From: a virus
IMG/VR virus record: IMGVR_UViG_3300037067_012225
Span: 3,127-67,126 of that record
Strand: one strand, 5' to 3'
Length of the DNA stretch: 64,000 bases
Part shown: positions 44,401-53,631 of the stretch, piece by piece
How positions within the stretch are numbered: the first letter of the stretch is position 1
Layout: every line of letters starts with the position of its first letter
Translations under genes and position numbers: made by a program
The notes under the pieces: model-generated
Seen by the model: the letters and a program-made list of their open reading frames with translations, nothing else
Database searches by the model: none
What the model was told of the DNA's origin: nothing

Positions 44401-44429
44401 CGTATTTAAATCATAGGGACTTAAATACG
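44401..44429. promoter_or_regulatory. 9-bp inverted repeat CGTATTTAA-N11-TTAAATACG between divergent genes
   Basis: Places TAAATAC on both strands, each facing a gene. Confidence 0.45.
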
Positions 44430-44466
44430 AGTGCGGCCTGTGTGGTGACTACAGAGAGACGAACAA

Positions 44467-45243
44467 ATGGCGATTGCAGAGAATAATAGTTGTATAGTAT
44501 GTGGGTCTGACAAGGATCTTGATACGGAGTTGGTTATAACTGTCGACGATCAAAAAGTTACTGTTAAGGTTTGTGCCGAACACGCAGATGATATAACTCC
44601 GAAAGCAGCTAAAGCCGCATATTTGAAATGGAAGTCAACTCGCGATACTCAGATGCAAGAGTTTTTGGCACAGGCAGCTAAACTCGGCATGACTGTGGTT
44701 CCACAGGGTTCGTTAATCATAGCCAAGACCGAAACACCAACAGCAAAACCGGCACCGAAACAGACTATAGCTGAGTCTCAAGTCTCAGCCGAATTGCAAG
44801 GTTCAAGAGAGGATGGTATATTACCATCGTCTGTTGTCGATAATGTCATGCAACATCGTGTTTCTGGTATGTCCGGGTCTATTGGCGGTAAAAATGTCGA
44901 AAGGCACGATGCATATGACCCGAACCAGCTTAGTGATCAACTACCAGAAGGTGCTAGAGATGGTCTTGTGAAGATGGAATTAGCTGAGGGCAGGCATGGT
45001 ACGCCTTTGGCGATTCCAGCGATAAGACAGGACGGGCTCGGAACGACGCGAGTCAGAATCGCTAAGACGATGACCGACGCAGATCTACAACGCAGATTCA
45101 AACAACAGGCGTCTGCGGATCACTCCTTCGTGGAGGGCTATGACCTACATCGTTGCCCATTATGTAAGGGCGATGGTCAGATAGCAAAGAGCCAAACGGA
45201 AGTAATCCCGTGCCCGAAATGCAACGGCTCTGGGCTTCTTTAG
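44467..45243 (+). CDS. Zinc-finger protein with DnaJ-type CxxCxGxG repeats
   Basis: N-terminal CIVC...CAEH. C-terminal CPLCKGDG and CPKCNGSG. Confidence 0.65.
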   Translation: MAIAENNSCIVCGSDKDLDTELVITVDDQKVTVKVCAEHADDITPKAAKAAYLKWKSTRDTQMQEFLAQAAKLGMTVVPQGSLIIAKTETPTAKPAPKQTIAESQVSAELQGSREDGILPSSVVDNVMQHRVSGMSGSIGGKNVERHDAYDPNQLSDQLPEGARDGLVKMELAEGRHGTPLAIPAIRQDGLGTTRVRIAKTMTDADLQRRFKQQASADHSFVEGYDLHRCPLCKGDGQIAKSQTEVIPCPKCNGSGLL

Positions 45244-45488
45244 ATGCCGGGAGGTGTGAGACTGAATTGCCTCGTCGAGACACCCAAGAATTTGCGGTGT
45301 CTTGGCTTTCGCGGAACACCCGATGGCTGAGATGTAAAACCAGCAACTCTTGAGCCAAAGTCTTCTCCATTCTCTGGCTTGACGTCTTTGGAGCTTAAAC
45401 CCAATAGAGATTTGCGGCCATAAGAAGCACCAGAGGCGTGCTGCAGAGCCCTCATAAAATCGCCTTCATTGAGTAGTACTAATTTCAT
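45240..45488 (-). CDS. Hypothetical protein
   Basis: Coupled ORF. Confidence 0.5.
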   Translation of the reverse strand: MKLVLLNEGDFMRALQHASGASYGRKSLLGLSSKDVKPENGEDFGSRVAGFTSQPSGVPRKPRHRKFLGVSTRQFSLTPPGI

Positions 45489-45928
45489 TCTGCACTACCT
45501 GGCGTTTGTCCTGGTTTGCTGACGGCGATAATACCTTCCATATCTGGATGATATCCGGCATCTTGTTCGCGCCACCCGTCACCTTCGCTGACCTCTTCCT
45601 TGATAGTATTGAGAATACCAATAGCTTTTTCTTGTTCGACGCCACAGATGCCTTGAGATTGCATCTCTTGCATCATAGCTTTCTCGAACAATGGGTCGGT
45701 GATATACTTGTAATTATGAACTTTACGGAAGGCTCTGCAGACACCTTCATGGCAGACCAGATCCACCGATTTTAGCTCGAACAAGTCATTGACCTGTTCG
45801 TGCAAATATTGCAACGACTTGGCATCGGCATCAGCCAGATCTTTTGGCGGGTCTGGTATGCCTAGCTGCACCTTGTGCTGTAGATATGTCTGGATGGCTT
45901 CGGTTAGTAGTCTTTCGTTGCTGTTCAT
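45485..45928 (-). CDS. Hypothetical protein
   Basis: AGGAG RBS. Confidence 0.6.
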   Translation of the reverse strand: MNSNERLLTEAIQTYLQHKVQLGIPDPPKDLADADAKSLQYLHEQVNDLFELKSVDLVCHEGVCRAFRKVHNYKYITDPLFEKAMMQEMQSQGICGVEQEKAIGILNTIKEEVSEGDGWREQDAGYHPDMEGIIAVSKPGQTPGSAE

Positions 45929-45965
45929 AAAACGTCTCCTGTATAAATCTTTGCTTGGACGACAG

Positions 45966-46283
45966 ATGGATAGTTCCCATTACTTACCAGAGGAACCCAA
46001 GCCAATAATTCAACAACTTGATCAAGTTGAATTATTGACTATTAAGCGAGTTAAGTACTTATCTACTAGGCCGGGATATTCTCCTAGCCCGCATGGTAGG
46101 TGGAGTGTTGTAGGAATTATTGATGGCGATGCTCTATTAGCCAAAGATGATACTCTCATACGTATTCCATTAGGTGACATCCGAAAGGCTTGCACACACG
46201 ACCGCCAACAAGTTATTGATTGTTTGGCGGACATTTGTTACAAAGGTAGAAAAAACGATGGCAAAAAAGAAACCGTCAGTTAA
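45966..46283 (+). CDS. Hypothetical protein
   Basis: Start placed at ATG 45966 after GGA. Confidence 0.5.
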   Translation: MDSSHYLPEEPKPIIQQLDQVELLTIKRVKYLSTRPGYSPSPHGRWSVVGIIDGDALLAKDDTLIRIPLGDIRKACTHDRQQVIDCLADICYKGRKNDGKKETVS

Positions 46284-47391
46284 GTCGGAAGCCCAGCTTG
46301 AAGCAGAGCAGTCGGGACAGCTAATCGACTTCGACGATATGATCGCCGATCTTGAAAAGAAATTCGGCGATTCGATACAATGGGGCGGTGCGGCGTCTAT
46401 CAAACCAACTAAGTCGACATCTACTGGTCTAGCTAACCTCGATATTGCTCTTGGCTGTCGTGGCGTTCCTGATGGTAGGATTATAGAAATATATGGCACA
46501 GAATCGAGCGGCAAGACAACATTAGCCTTGCAGATTGTGGCGAGCTTTCAGCAGCAAGGTAAGCTTACGGCATATGTCGATGCTGAACACGCGCTTGATT
46601 ATGATTGGGCTACGCACATCGGTGTCGATGTGAAGAAATGGCTGTTGTCTCAGCCGGATAGTGGCGAGCAGGCACTTGATATTGTCCAAGCGTTGGCTAC
46701 TTCTGGTATCGTTAAATTGGTTGTCGTCGATTCCGTAGCAGCACTCGTGCCGCAAGAGGAATTGGATGGCGACATCAGAGACAAGCAAATTGGTGCACAA
46801 GCTAGGCTTATGTCTAAGGGTATGCGAAAATTGGCTGGTATCTGCTTGAAGAGTGGTACAACTGTGATCTTCATTAATCAACTGCGCGACAAGATCGGGC
46901 AAGTTGGCCCAAGTTATATGCATCCAGAGGTTACTCCTGGAGGTAGGGCATTGAAGTTCTATTCATCGATGCGTTTGGAGGTCCGTAGAGCCGAGACATT
47001 ACGATCTGCGAATCTGCCGTATGGTATGACCACAAAGGTAAAGGTTGCTAAGAACAAAGTAGCACCGCCATTCAGATCTGCTTCACTTGAAATTCATTTC
47101 GGTGCGAAGAGCGGTATTTATGGTTTCAATAAAGCACATGCACTTATTAGCGGTGCTGTCGAAACATCAGTTATCACTCTCAGAGGTTCTAATTATTACT
47201 TTGGTGATCGTAAGATTGCTATCGGTAAGGAGAAGCTCGCTGAAACATTAGGGTCCGATCAAGAGTTGTTCAAAGCCATTTATGATGAGACATATCGCCT
47301 CATGGAAGCTGGCCAGATTACTGGTCCTATTGAAGATGATGACACCAAAGATACGGAGGCGGAAGAATCGAATTTTGACGAGGAAGAATAA
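46258..47391 (+). CDS. recA: RecA recombinase
   Basis: Motifs GRIIEIYGTESSGKTT, DAEHALD, VVVDSVAAL, QARLMS, IFINQLR, GGRALKFY and KNKVAPP. Confidence 0.97.
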   Translation: MAKKKPSVKSEAQLEAEQSGQLIDFDDMIADLEKKFGDSIQWGGAASIKPTKSTSTGLANLDIALGCRGVPDGRIIEIYGTESSGKTTLALQIVASFQQQGKLTAYVDAEHALDYDWATHIGVDVKKWLLSQPDSGEQALDIVQALATSGIVKLVVVDSVAALVPQEELDGDIRDKQIGAQARLMSKGMRKLAGICLKSGTTVIFINQLRDKIGQVGPSYMHPEVTPGGRALKFYSSMRLEVRRAETLRSANLPYGMTTKVKVAKNKVAPPFRSASLEIHFGAKSGIYGFNKAHALISGAVETSVITLRGSNYYFGDRKIAIGKEKLAETLGSDQELFKAIYDETYRLMEAGQITGPIEDDDTKDTEAEESNFDEEE

Positions 47392-47708
47392 TGGCAAGAG
47401 CACCGATATATAACATTGGGCAGACAGTATACCTAGCAGAATCAGCTGCTCTTGGTTTTCTAGAAGCTTACATTATTAAAGAGATTGCATATCAGCCCAG
47501 CGGTAAGATTGTTTATACGCTGGCTACGTCGCTGAAGCAACCGTCAGCAGTTCAAACTATTGGCGACAGAGTAACTGGTCAGCGCGCCTTACCAATCAAG
47601 TTCTATGAAGAAGACCTGATCGGATACGAGCAGGCACTTGATGCCTGTATCGCGAACTTGCAAAATCAACTGACTGCTTTGCAGCGTTTGCGACAAGGGC
47701 TTACTTAA
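47391..47708 (+). CDS. Hypothetical protein whose 3' end is duplicated at 49585-49610
   Basis: TAATG coupling with recA. Ends QRLRQGLT*. Confidence 0.7.
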   Translation: MARAPIYNIGQTVYLAESAALGFLEAYIIKEIAYQPSGKIVYTLATSLKQPSAVQTIGDRVTGQRALPIKFYEEDLIGYEQALDACIANLQNQLTALQRLRQGLT

Positions 47709-47723
47709 TCGCAAATATATCGC

Positions 47724-48089
47724 ATGAGATATTTCGAACGCATTCTATCAGAAGTACTAGGCAAGGATGTCGTAGCAAAGAATGACGTTCCGACCAAGAA
47801 GAATGGCCTGCAGGGCCAAGCATTATATAATGCAATGAAGCGCCGATTTAATGAAATTGGCGATCAAAAAGAAGATGGCGCAGACGAACAAGAAATGGAC
47901 CGGCGATGGAGAGCATTTGATGCTCTTGCTACGGAAGATAACAAAGAAGAATTTATGGCGTTCGAGAAAAGAATAGCCATCGACAATCAACACAATAAAA
48001 AGTTCGTCAAAGCGCTAGAGCATAGAGCACATCAAGGCGACAATTTAATAATTTGGATGTTACGCCTTCTGATTAGCAAAACCACCTAG
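47724..48089 (+). CDS. Hypothetical cargo protein
   Basis: ORF inside the cassette. Confidence 0.6.
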   Translation: MRYFERILSEVLGKDVVAKNDVPTKKNGLQGQALYNAMKRRFNEIGDQKEDGADEQEMDRRWRAFDALATEDNKEEFMAFEKRIAIDNQHNKKFVKALEHRAHQGDNLIIWMLRLLISKTT

Positions 48090-48307
48090 TCGCGACTGGC
48101 TGGCTCGATAGCATCCCAAATCGCCTTGATGATTTCTTCACCGACCGATAGTTCTGGTCGGCAATAGCGCGAATACCGCCATGCCGTGATTCTTGTCCAT
48201 GACTCTCTTGTGGTCATAGCATGCATTACTCGCCACCAAATCCGTTGGATTGGTGTCCGCTCGGTTTTCTTTTCCTCTACCACTTCGGTTACGATTATCT
48301 TGGGCAT
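48086..48307 (-). CDS. Hypothetical cargo protein
   Basis: Has its own promoter CTCGTGCTATAAT (48328-48340, -) and an AAGGA RBS. Confidence 0.55.
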   Translation of the reverse strand: MPKIIVTEVVEEKKTERTPIQRIWWRVMHAMTTRESWTRITAWRYSRYCRPELSVGEEIIKAIWDAIEPASRD

Positions 48308-48407
48308 AGTTAGGTCCTTGCTATCTTATTATAGCACGAGAGATACCACTATTTAATTGCTGCATATGTTGGTTAAAAACCAGTGCTTTTTTAATCAAAT
48401 ATAGTTG

Positions 48408-49556
48408 ATGCTAATCCACAAAGCAATTAAACTAAGAGCATATCCGACCGACACACAATTAGAACTGCTGAATAAGCATTTTGGATGTGTTAGATTCATC
48501 TATAATTATTTCCTCGCATATAAAACCGAGCAATATAAGAAGACCGGTAAATCCGCTAGCTTTATTCAGATGAGTAGGGAGCTAACCAGATTAAAAAGTT
48601 CTAGTGAATATGCTTGGCTTTGTGAAGTGAGCCGACAATCATTAACACGTTCATTGGCTGGTCTAGATATAGCCTTTAATAATTTCTTTAAAAAACGCGC
48701 CGAATACCCAAAGTTTAAATCTAAACATCATAATAGACAGTCTTTCACAGTCGGTGCTCCGCCGTGTAGTGTAAAATCGAACGGCGTCCATTTACCTCTA
48801 GTCGGTGTCATAAAATGTGATACTTCTATTTTACCGGACAATTACAAGATTTATTCGGCTACTGTTTCAAGAAGCCCGGCCAATAAAATATTTGTATCGC
48901 TCGCTATCGAAATAGATATACCCAATCCAATTGTTGATACTTCTAAGCCTATTATCGGATTAGATTTCGGAATAAAGACATTTATAACTACTTCGAGTGG
49001 CGTTAAATACGAGCATCCGAAGCCTAATAAGAAATATCAGTTAAAACTAGCTAAAGAACAGCGGATATTAGCGAGGAGACAAAATAACAGCAAAAGGAGG
49101 CAAAAGCAGAGACTGAAGACAGCGAGGGTCTACGAGAAGATAGCAAACATCCGCAGCGACTTTCTACATAAGTTGAGCAGGAAGCTTACCGGCGAAAACC
49201 AAGCTATTTATGTAGAAGACCTTAATTTAGATGAGATGAAGTTGAGATTCGGTGGACCTATTAGCGACCTAGGATGGGCAGAATTCGTAAGACAACTAAC
49301 ATATAAGGGAATATGGTATGGTTGTAGTGTGAAAAAGATCGATAGATTCTTTCCATCTAGTAAAACTTGCTCGAAATGTGGATGGATCAAACAGGATCTA
49401 TTTCTCAAAGACAGAATATGGGAATGCCCAGTGTGTTTCACGGAGCATGACAGAGACATAAACGCAGCTATCAATGTATTAGAGTACGGTCGGGCTGACC
49501 GGAATTTACGCACAGGGAGAGAAGATCAGCTTCTCGGCGAACTGTGTAATTCGTAA
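48408..49556 (+). CDS. tnpB: TnpB RNA-guided endonuclease (IS200/IS605 family)
   Basis: KAIKLRAYPT...FGCVRFIYN. RuvC-I GLDFG, RuvC-II VEDL, zinc finger SSKTCSKCG...CPVC and RuvC-III DRDINAAIN. Catalytic D/E/D appear intact. Confidence 0.95.
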   Translation: MLIHKAIKLRAYPTDTQLELLNKHFGCVRFIYNYFLAYKTEQYKKTGKSASFIQMSRELTRLKSSSEYAWLCEVSRQSLTRSLAGLDIAFNNFFKKRAEYPKFKSKHHNRQSFTVGAPPCSVKSNGVHLPLVGVIKCDTSILPDNYKIYSATVSRSPANKIFVSLAIEIDIPNPIVDTSKPIIGLDFGIKTFITTSSGVKYEHPKPNKKYQLKLAKEQRILARRQNNSKRRQKQRLKTARVYEKIANIRSDFLHKLSRKLTGENQAIYVEDLNLDEMKLRFGGPISDLGWAEFVRQLTYKGIWYGCSVKKIDRFFPSSKTCSKCGWIKQDLFLKDRIWECPVCFTEHDRDINAAINVLEYGRADRNLRTGREDQLLGELCNS

Positions 49557-49605
49557 GAATGAGCCACTGCAATACAGACATCATGCGTTTGCGACAAGGA
49601 CTAAC
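49484..49605 (+). ncRNA. Putative TnpB omega-RNA scaffold plus guide
   Basis: Hairpins CGGTCGG/CTGACCG, GAGAAG/CTTCTC and GAATTTACGCACAG/CTGTGTAATTC overlap the tnpB 3' end. Boundaries are approximate. Confidence 0.55.
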
Positions 49606-49608
49606 CTA

Positions 49609-50997
49609 ATGATTGAGGCTCTTCAATCAGAGCAAGACTCTAGCACTGTCGATACGCCATTTGGCCCGAATATGGAATCGGGTATCGTGTCGCTCTTCTT
49701 AGACTTCCCAGAGTTATTTGTGCCGACATCCAAATTCATCACGATAGATTTGTTTACGCGTCCAGAAGTGAAGTATGTTGTCGGATTCTTGAAGCAAGAC
49801 TTCGAAAAGTTTGGGCTGCTACCGACACGAGCACTATTGCATGATAGAATTGCTAAACTGCTCACTGCCGATGACCCACATCAAGAGATATTAGGCGTTG
49901 TTGACAGAACATCAGATCCGCGAGAAACGCCATTTCTGCGGCAGTCGCTACGTGACTGGCTAGAGCACAAATCATATGAGCAGCTTTATTCCGATGAAGC
50001 AATAGCTGCACACCAACGCGGAGATCATGAGTTTCTGCGGAAAATAGTTGATTCGGCGTCGAGCATCAGTATGGTTGGCGACCAAGGATTTTGGTTCTTC
50101 GATCAAGTCGATGAGATATTTGTCGATACAGCGATAGAACATATCAGCACTGGATTTCCAGGATTAGATGCCAATTTGAATGAGGGTGGCCCGTCTCCTG
50201 GAGAAGTGCTTATCATATTGGCCCCGACCGGCGTTGGTAAGACGTTGACTTTAATCAACATGGCGCATGCTGCAATGCTAGCTGGTAATAATGTCTTATT
50301 TGTGACTTTCGAGTTATCGACATACAAAACAGCCATACGCCTTGCAAGCTGCATGGCTAAGACGGAAATCAGCGCTTTTACTCGCGCGAATATTGACACT
50401 TTGCCGCAAGAGCAGCAGCAGAGCATACGGGATAACCAAACGCTTGTGCGTAATAGGATTCAAGGTAAGAGAGGAAAATTCGGTGAGTTGGTTATATATG
50501 AACGGCCACCAGATGAGTGCAGCGTAAATGATATCTATGGCATCATCGAAACTAATCGCAAGACCAAGGGCTGGGTGCCAAAGGTTGTGATACTCGACTA
50601 TCTTGAGTTGATGAATAGCCGCCATAATCATAATAATGATGAAGGCGACTACACAAGACAAAAGAGCGTGGCGACAGAGATGCGTGGTCTAGCTAAGAAC
50701 GAAAAAGTTTTAGTCTATTCCGCTACGCAGACAAATCGCAGTGGTGTCAAGAATGGCCAGGGTAAGGATGCCAAACCTGCTGAGAATGTACATATTGATT
50801 TGGATAAAGCTGCTGAGAGTTTCGGCAAGGCGATGCCAGTCGACTATGTTGTTAGCTTGAATCAGACTGAGGACGAATACAGGATGGAGCCAGCAATAGT
50901 TAGGCTATGGATAGCTAAAAACCGCAATGGTCCAAAGTTTGTTCCTGTCACTACTAACGTATTTTATAAGAGAATGGAAATCGTAGAAGTTCACTAA
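49609..50997 (+). CDS. dnaB: Replicative DnaB-like (gp41-type) helicase
   Basis: Motifs ISTGF, APTGVGKT, TFELS, ILDYLEL, SATQTNR, AESFG and KNRNG. Confidence 0.9.
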   Translation: MIEALQSEQDSSTVDTPFGPNMESGIVSLFLDFPELFVPTSKFITIDLFTRPEVKYVVGFLKQDFEKFGLLPTRALLHDRIAKLLTADDPHQEILGVVDRTSDPRETPFLRQSLRDWLEHKSYEQLYSDEAIAAHQRGDHEFLRKIVDSASSISMVGDQGFWFFDQVDEIFVDTAIEHISTGFPGLDANLNEGGPSPGEVLIILAPTGVGKTLTLINMAHAAMLAGNNVLFVTFELSTYKTAIRLASCMAKTEISAFTRANIDTLPQEQQQSIRDNQTLVRNRIQGKRGKFGELVIYERPPDECSVNDIYGIIETNRKTKGWVPKVVILDYLELMNSRHNHNNDEGDYTRQKSVATEMRGLAKNEKVLVYSATQTNRSGVKNGQGKDAKPAENVHIDLDKAAESFGKAMPVDYVVSLNQTEDEYRMEPAIVRLWIAKNRNGPKFVPVTTNVFYKRMEIVEVH

Positions 50998-51011
50998 CCA
51001 AAGAAACAATC

Positions 51012-51413
51012 ATGTCAGAAGACGTTTTATTAGCCCGGTCGCTCACTTCCGTGGTCGAAATGGTCCAGCCGAAAAAGGACAAGTATCAGATCACTCCAAT
51101 TCTGGTCGGAAACGATTTCGTGGCGATCGCACCTATCGCGACCAAGAAGGAAAGCAGTATTATTGTGCCAGATGAAGAACCGACCATCGGAATCATCATT
51201 GGCATGGGTCCGCTTGTCCCAGCAGATATGCGCACTGCGTTTGTCGTCGGCAACGTTGTCAGATTCAATCCGAAACAGTTCATCTGCAATTTGGATGGAT
51301 TATATCCTGCCTACGGTAAGGCGCGGATCGTACTGACCCGTTACATCAATATTTTGGCGGCTGTGCCCGGCGAGTCTGTGTACGTGGTCGGGCTCGATAA
51401 GGCAAAAGAATAG
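51012..51413 (+). CDS. GroES/cpn10-like protein
   Basis: DFVAI...SSIIVPD...GIIIGMGP...VGNVVRF pattern. Confidence 0.6.
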   Translation: MSEDVLLARSLTSVVEMVQPKKDKYQITPILVGNDFVAIAPIATKKESSIIVPDEEPTIGIIIGMGPLVPADMRTAFVVGNVVRFNPKQFICNLDGLYPAYGKARIVLTRYINILAAVPGESVYVVGLDKAKE

Positions 51414-51421
51414 GGGCAATA

Positions 51422-51832
51422 ATGCCGCGATATAACTATATATGTAGTGATTGTGTTGCTGCTCGTGAGAAGGAAGTGGGCAGGTCGCTCACTGATGATG
51501 AGCAGTCCGAGATCGTATTCGAGGTATCGCACAGCATCGTATTTCCGCCGAAGAAAGAGTTGCAAAAGCTGACTAAATGCCCGTTGTGCGAAAGCCACAA
51601 TACGCACATCACTCTATTAGGAACGGATCAGAGTATTCGAATTCGCGGCGGCGATTGGCGTGAGTTCAGAAAGAAAAATGCCCGTGCTCTGCAGCGTGAT
51701 ATGGCGTTACATCAGTTGCAAAATGATGATCCATATGGATATATGAGAACGCCAGATGATAAGGCTGAACTTGTCGACAAGCTTCGCACTGGTGGTAGAA
51801 GACAGACCGATAAGAAGCACTTCTTAACATAA
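51422..51832 (+). CDS. FmdB-like zinc-ribbon protein
   Basis: MPRYNYICSDC...CPLCES. Confidence 0.7.
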   Translation: MPRYNYICSDCVAAREKEVGRSLTDDEQSEIVFEVSHSIVFPPKKELQKLTKCPLCESHNTHITLLGTDQSIRIRGGDWREFRKKNARALQRDMALHQLQNDDPYGYMRTPDDKAELVDKLRTGGRRQTDKKHFLT

Positions 51833-51834
51833 CA

Positions 51835-53025
51835 ATGGCTCGAACTGATGATACTATCAGCTATTTCTGTGCATTGTTCGACAGAAAGATGCTACCGTTA
51901 GCTGCTGGGATACAGACGCCCAGCAACACCAGCATCATTCCTCTATACCATTCTGGTGTCGGCAGGTCCATTTACGATATTGAAAAGTCGATAAAGAAAC
52001 TATATCGATGGATGGAGCTGTCGCTATTACAAGATAGGGTTCTAGTTGTCAACGACTTTAAATCGGTGTTGCGTGGGTTCAAATTCGAGCTGCCGAGAGA
52101 GCAGTTGAATGTATACGATGCCTTTATACCGATGCCGAAGATACAGGGCACATTTGAAGAGACATCATGTATTATCAACAATATCTTGTCGGAGATGAAA
52201 CACAGCCGTTTGCGGCTTTGGCAAAAAGTCGCTGGTAATGCCGCCATTGTCTATGAAAGCCTAGAACGCCAAGGTATTCTAGTGGGTGGCATTCGCAAAT
52301 TTCCGCAGTGGACGTATCGAACGGTAAGTGGTAGAAGTAAAAACACCGGCTTCAACTTGCAAGGAACGTCTGCTAATGATAGTATCTCAGATCCATATGG
52401 TAGCGACTCCGATTATTTTGTGAATTTCGATTGGAGAGCAGCAGATATACGAATAGCTGCAATACTGAGCGGTGACACACATCTTGATGAAATGTCGGCT
52501 GGAGCAGATCCATACCAGCAGTTATCAGAGATGCTGCAAATACCACGTAAAGAATGTAAGATTATGCTGCTACGTGCTATTAATTCCATCGACATAGATA
52601 ACCCGTTATTTCAGATGTTTCCGGATCTTCGCACATGGATGATTGCCCAGAAACAGAAACTAGACGATAGGCAACCTATTGCTAGTATCTTAGGCAGAGA
52701 ATTCTATAATGCCGAGAAACCACGTTCTGCTTTCAACGCAACTATGCAGGGCTCGATAGCCCAAGCAATGCAAATCACAATTAGAAGAGTATGGGAATCG
52801 TATTACAGGCTCTTAGCCGAGACACATGATTCTATAACCGTAGCATGCAGTAAGAATAATCTGAGGCCGACGATACGTGAGATATCTAACATAATGTGCA
52901 GGCCATTCTTTGGAGTGTTAGATAGCAATCCAGTATTCCCGGTCCGTGTGAATGTAGGGACGAAATGGTGTCAATGGGAGCCTAAGATGCTGTGCTTGGA
53001 TGTGGATAAGTTTTGCCCCTGTTGA
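51835..53025 (+). CDS. Compact family-A DNA polymerase-like protein
   Basis: TVSGRS, motif A FDWRAADIRIAAILSGD, NATMQGSIA and motif C THDSI. Confidence 0.75.
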   Translation: MARTDDTISYFCALFDRKMLPLAAGIQTPSNTSIIPLYHSGVGRSIYDIEKSIKKLYRWMELSLLQDRVLVVNDFKSVLRGFKFELPREQLNVYDAFIPMPKIQGTFEETSCIINNILSEMKHSRLRLWQKVAGNAAIVYESLERQGILVGGIRKFPQWTYRTVSGRSKNTGFNLQGTSANDSISDPYGSDSDYFVNFDWRAADIRIAAILSGDTHLDEMSAGADPYQQLSEMLQIPRKECKIMLLRAINSIDIDNPLFQMFPDLRTWMIAQKQKLDDRQPIASILGREFYNAEKPRSAFNATMQGSIAQAMQITIRRVWESYYRLLAETHDSITVACSKNNLRPTIREISNIMCRPFFGVLDSNPVFPVRVNVGTKWCQWEPKMLCLDVDKFCPC

Positions 53026-53042
53026 TGTATTTGAGGCGAGTT

Positions 53043-53594
53043 ATGGATGAACTTGAGCAAGACCTGCCGATAGAGCCGGAATCCGATCAACCGGACCAGC
53101 TACCAAAGTGGTTCCAAGAGCATGTACCACTGGATCTAGCTACCAGTAATTTGTTCAAGTTCAAGGTCAGGCTGCAGAATGGTACAGTCTGCGAAGTAAA
53201 TCTTACCCAAGATATTGATATCAACTTTGAGATATTAGAAGACCAGCACGAACGCATCCCTGCCCAGTATATTTATTGGGCGGCTATTTATAGTGAATTG
53301 CGGGGCGCTGTTGCACAGTTAGAACTCAAAATCAAATCACGACGCCACGCCTTGGTGCGTAGAACCCTAGAAGAGTTCAAGGTCAAAGGCACGAAGCTGA
53401 CTGACAAGCAACTGAATGCGTTGGTTGATGGCGAAACTGGCTTAATTAAAAGCGAGGCTGAGCTTACCATCATACAGAGAAATTGTGGGAAAGTATATCA
53501 CATGGTGGAAGCCATTAGGCTGCGGTCAGAGCACAGCAGGTCGCTGGCCGGTTTCAAACGACAAGAAAAAGAACAATCTGGCAGACAAACCTAA
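53043..53594 (+). CDS. UvsY-like recombination mediator
   Basis: Helical protein with KLTDKQLNALV. Located upstream of the SSB gene. Confidence 0.5.
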   Translation: MDELEQDLPIEPESDQPDQLPKWFQEHVPLDLATSNLFKFKVRLQNGTVCEVNLTQDIDINFEILEDQHERIPAQYIYWAAIYSELRGAVAQLELKIKSRRHALVRRTLEEFKVKGTKLTDKQLNALVDGETGLIKSEAELTIIQRNCGKVYHMVEAIRLRSEHSRSLAGFKRQEKEQSGRQT

Positions 53595-53631
53595 TCATTG
53601 TCAGGTGACTACAGAAACCTAGGAGATTCAC

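Larger units (their letters stand above)
47684..49610 (+). mobile_element. Putative TnpB homing cassette bounded by recoded direct repeats
   Basis: 47684-47709 and 49585-49610 are 23/26 identical, and all mismatches are synonymous. The cassette contains two small ORFs and tnpB. Confidence 0.65.

Noticed and set aside
48340..49584. Complete autonomous IS200/IS605 element
   Set aside because: No tnpA (Y1 or serine recombinase) was found and no clear right-end subterminal hairpin was seen.
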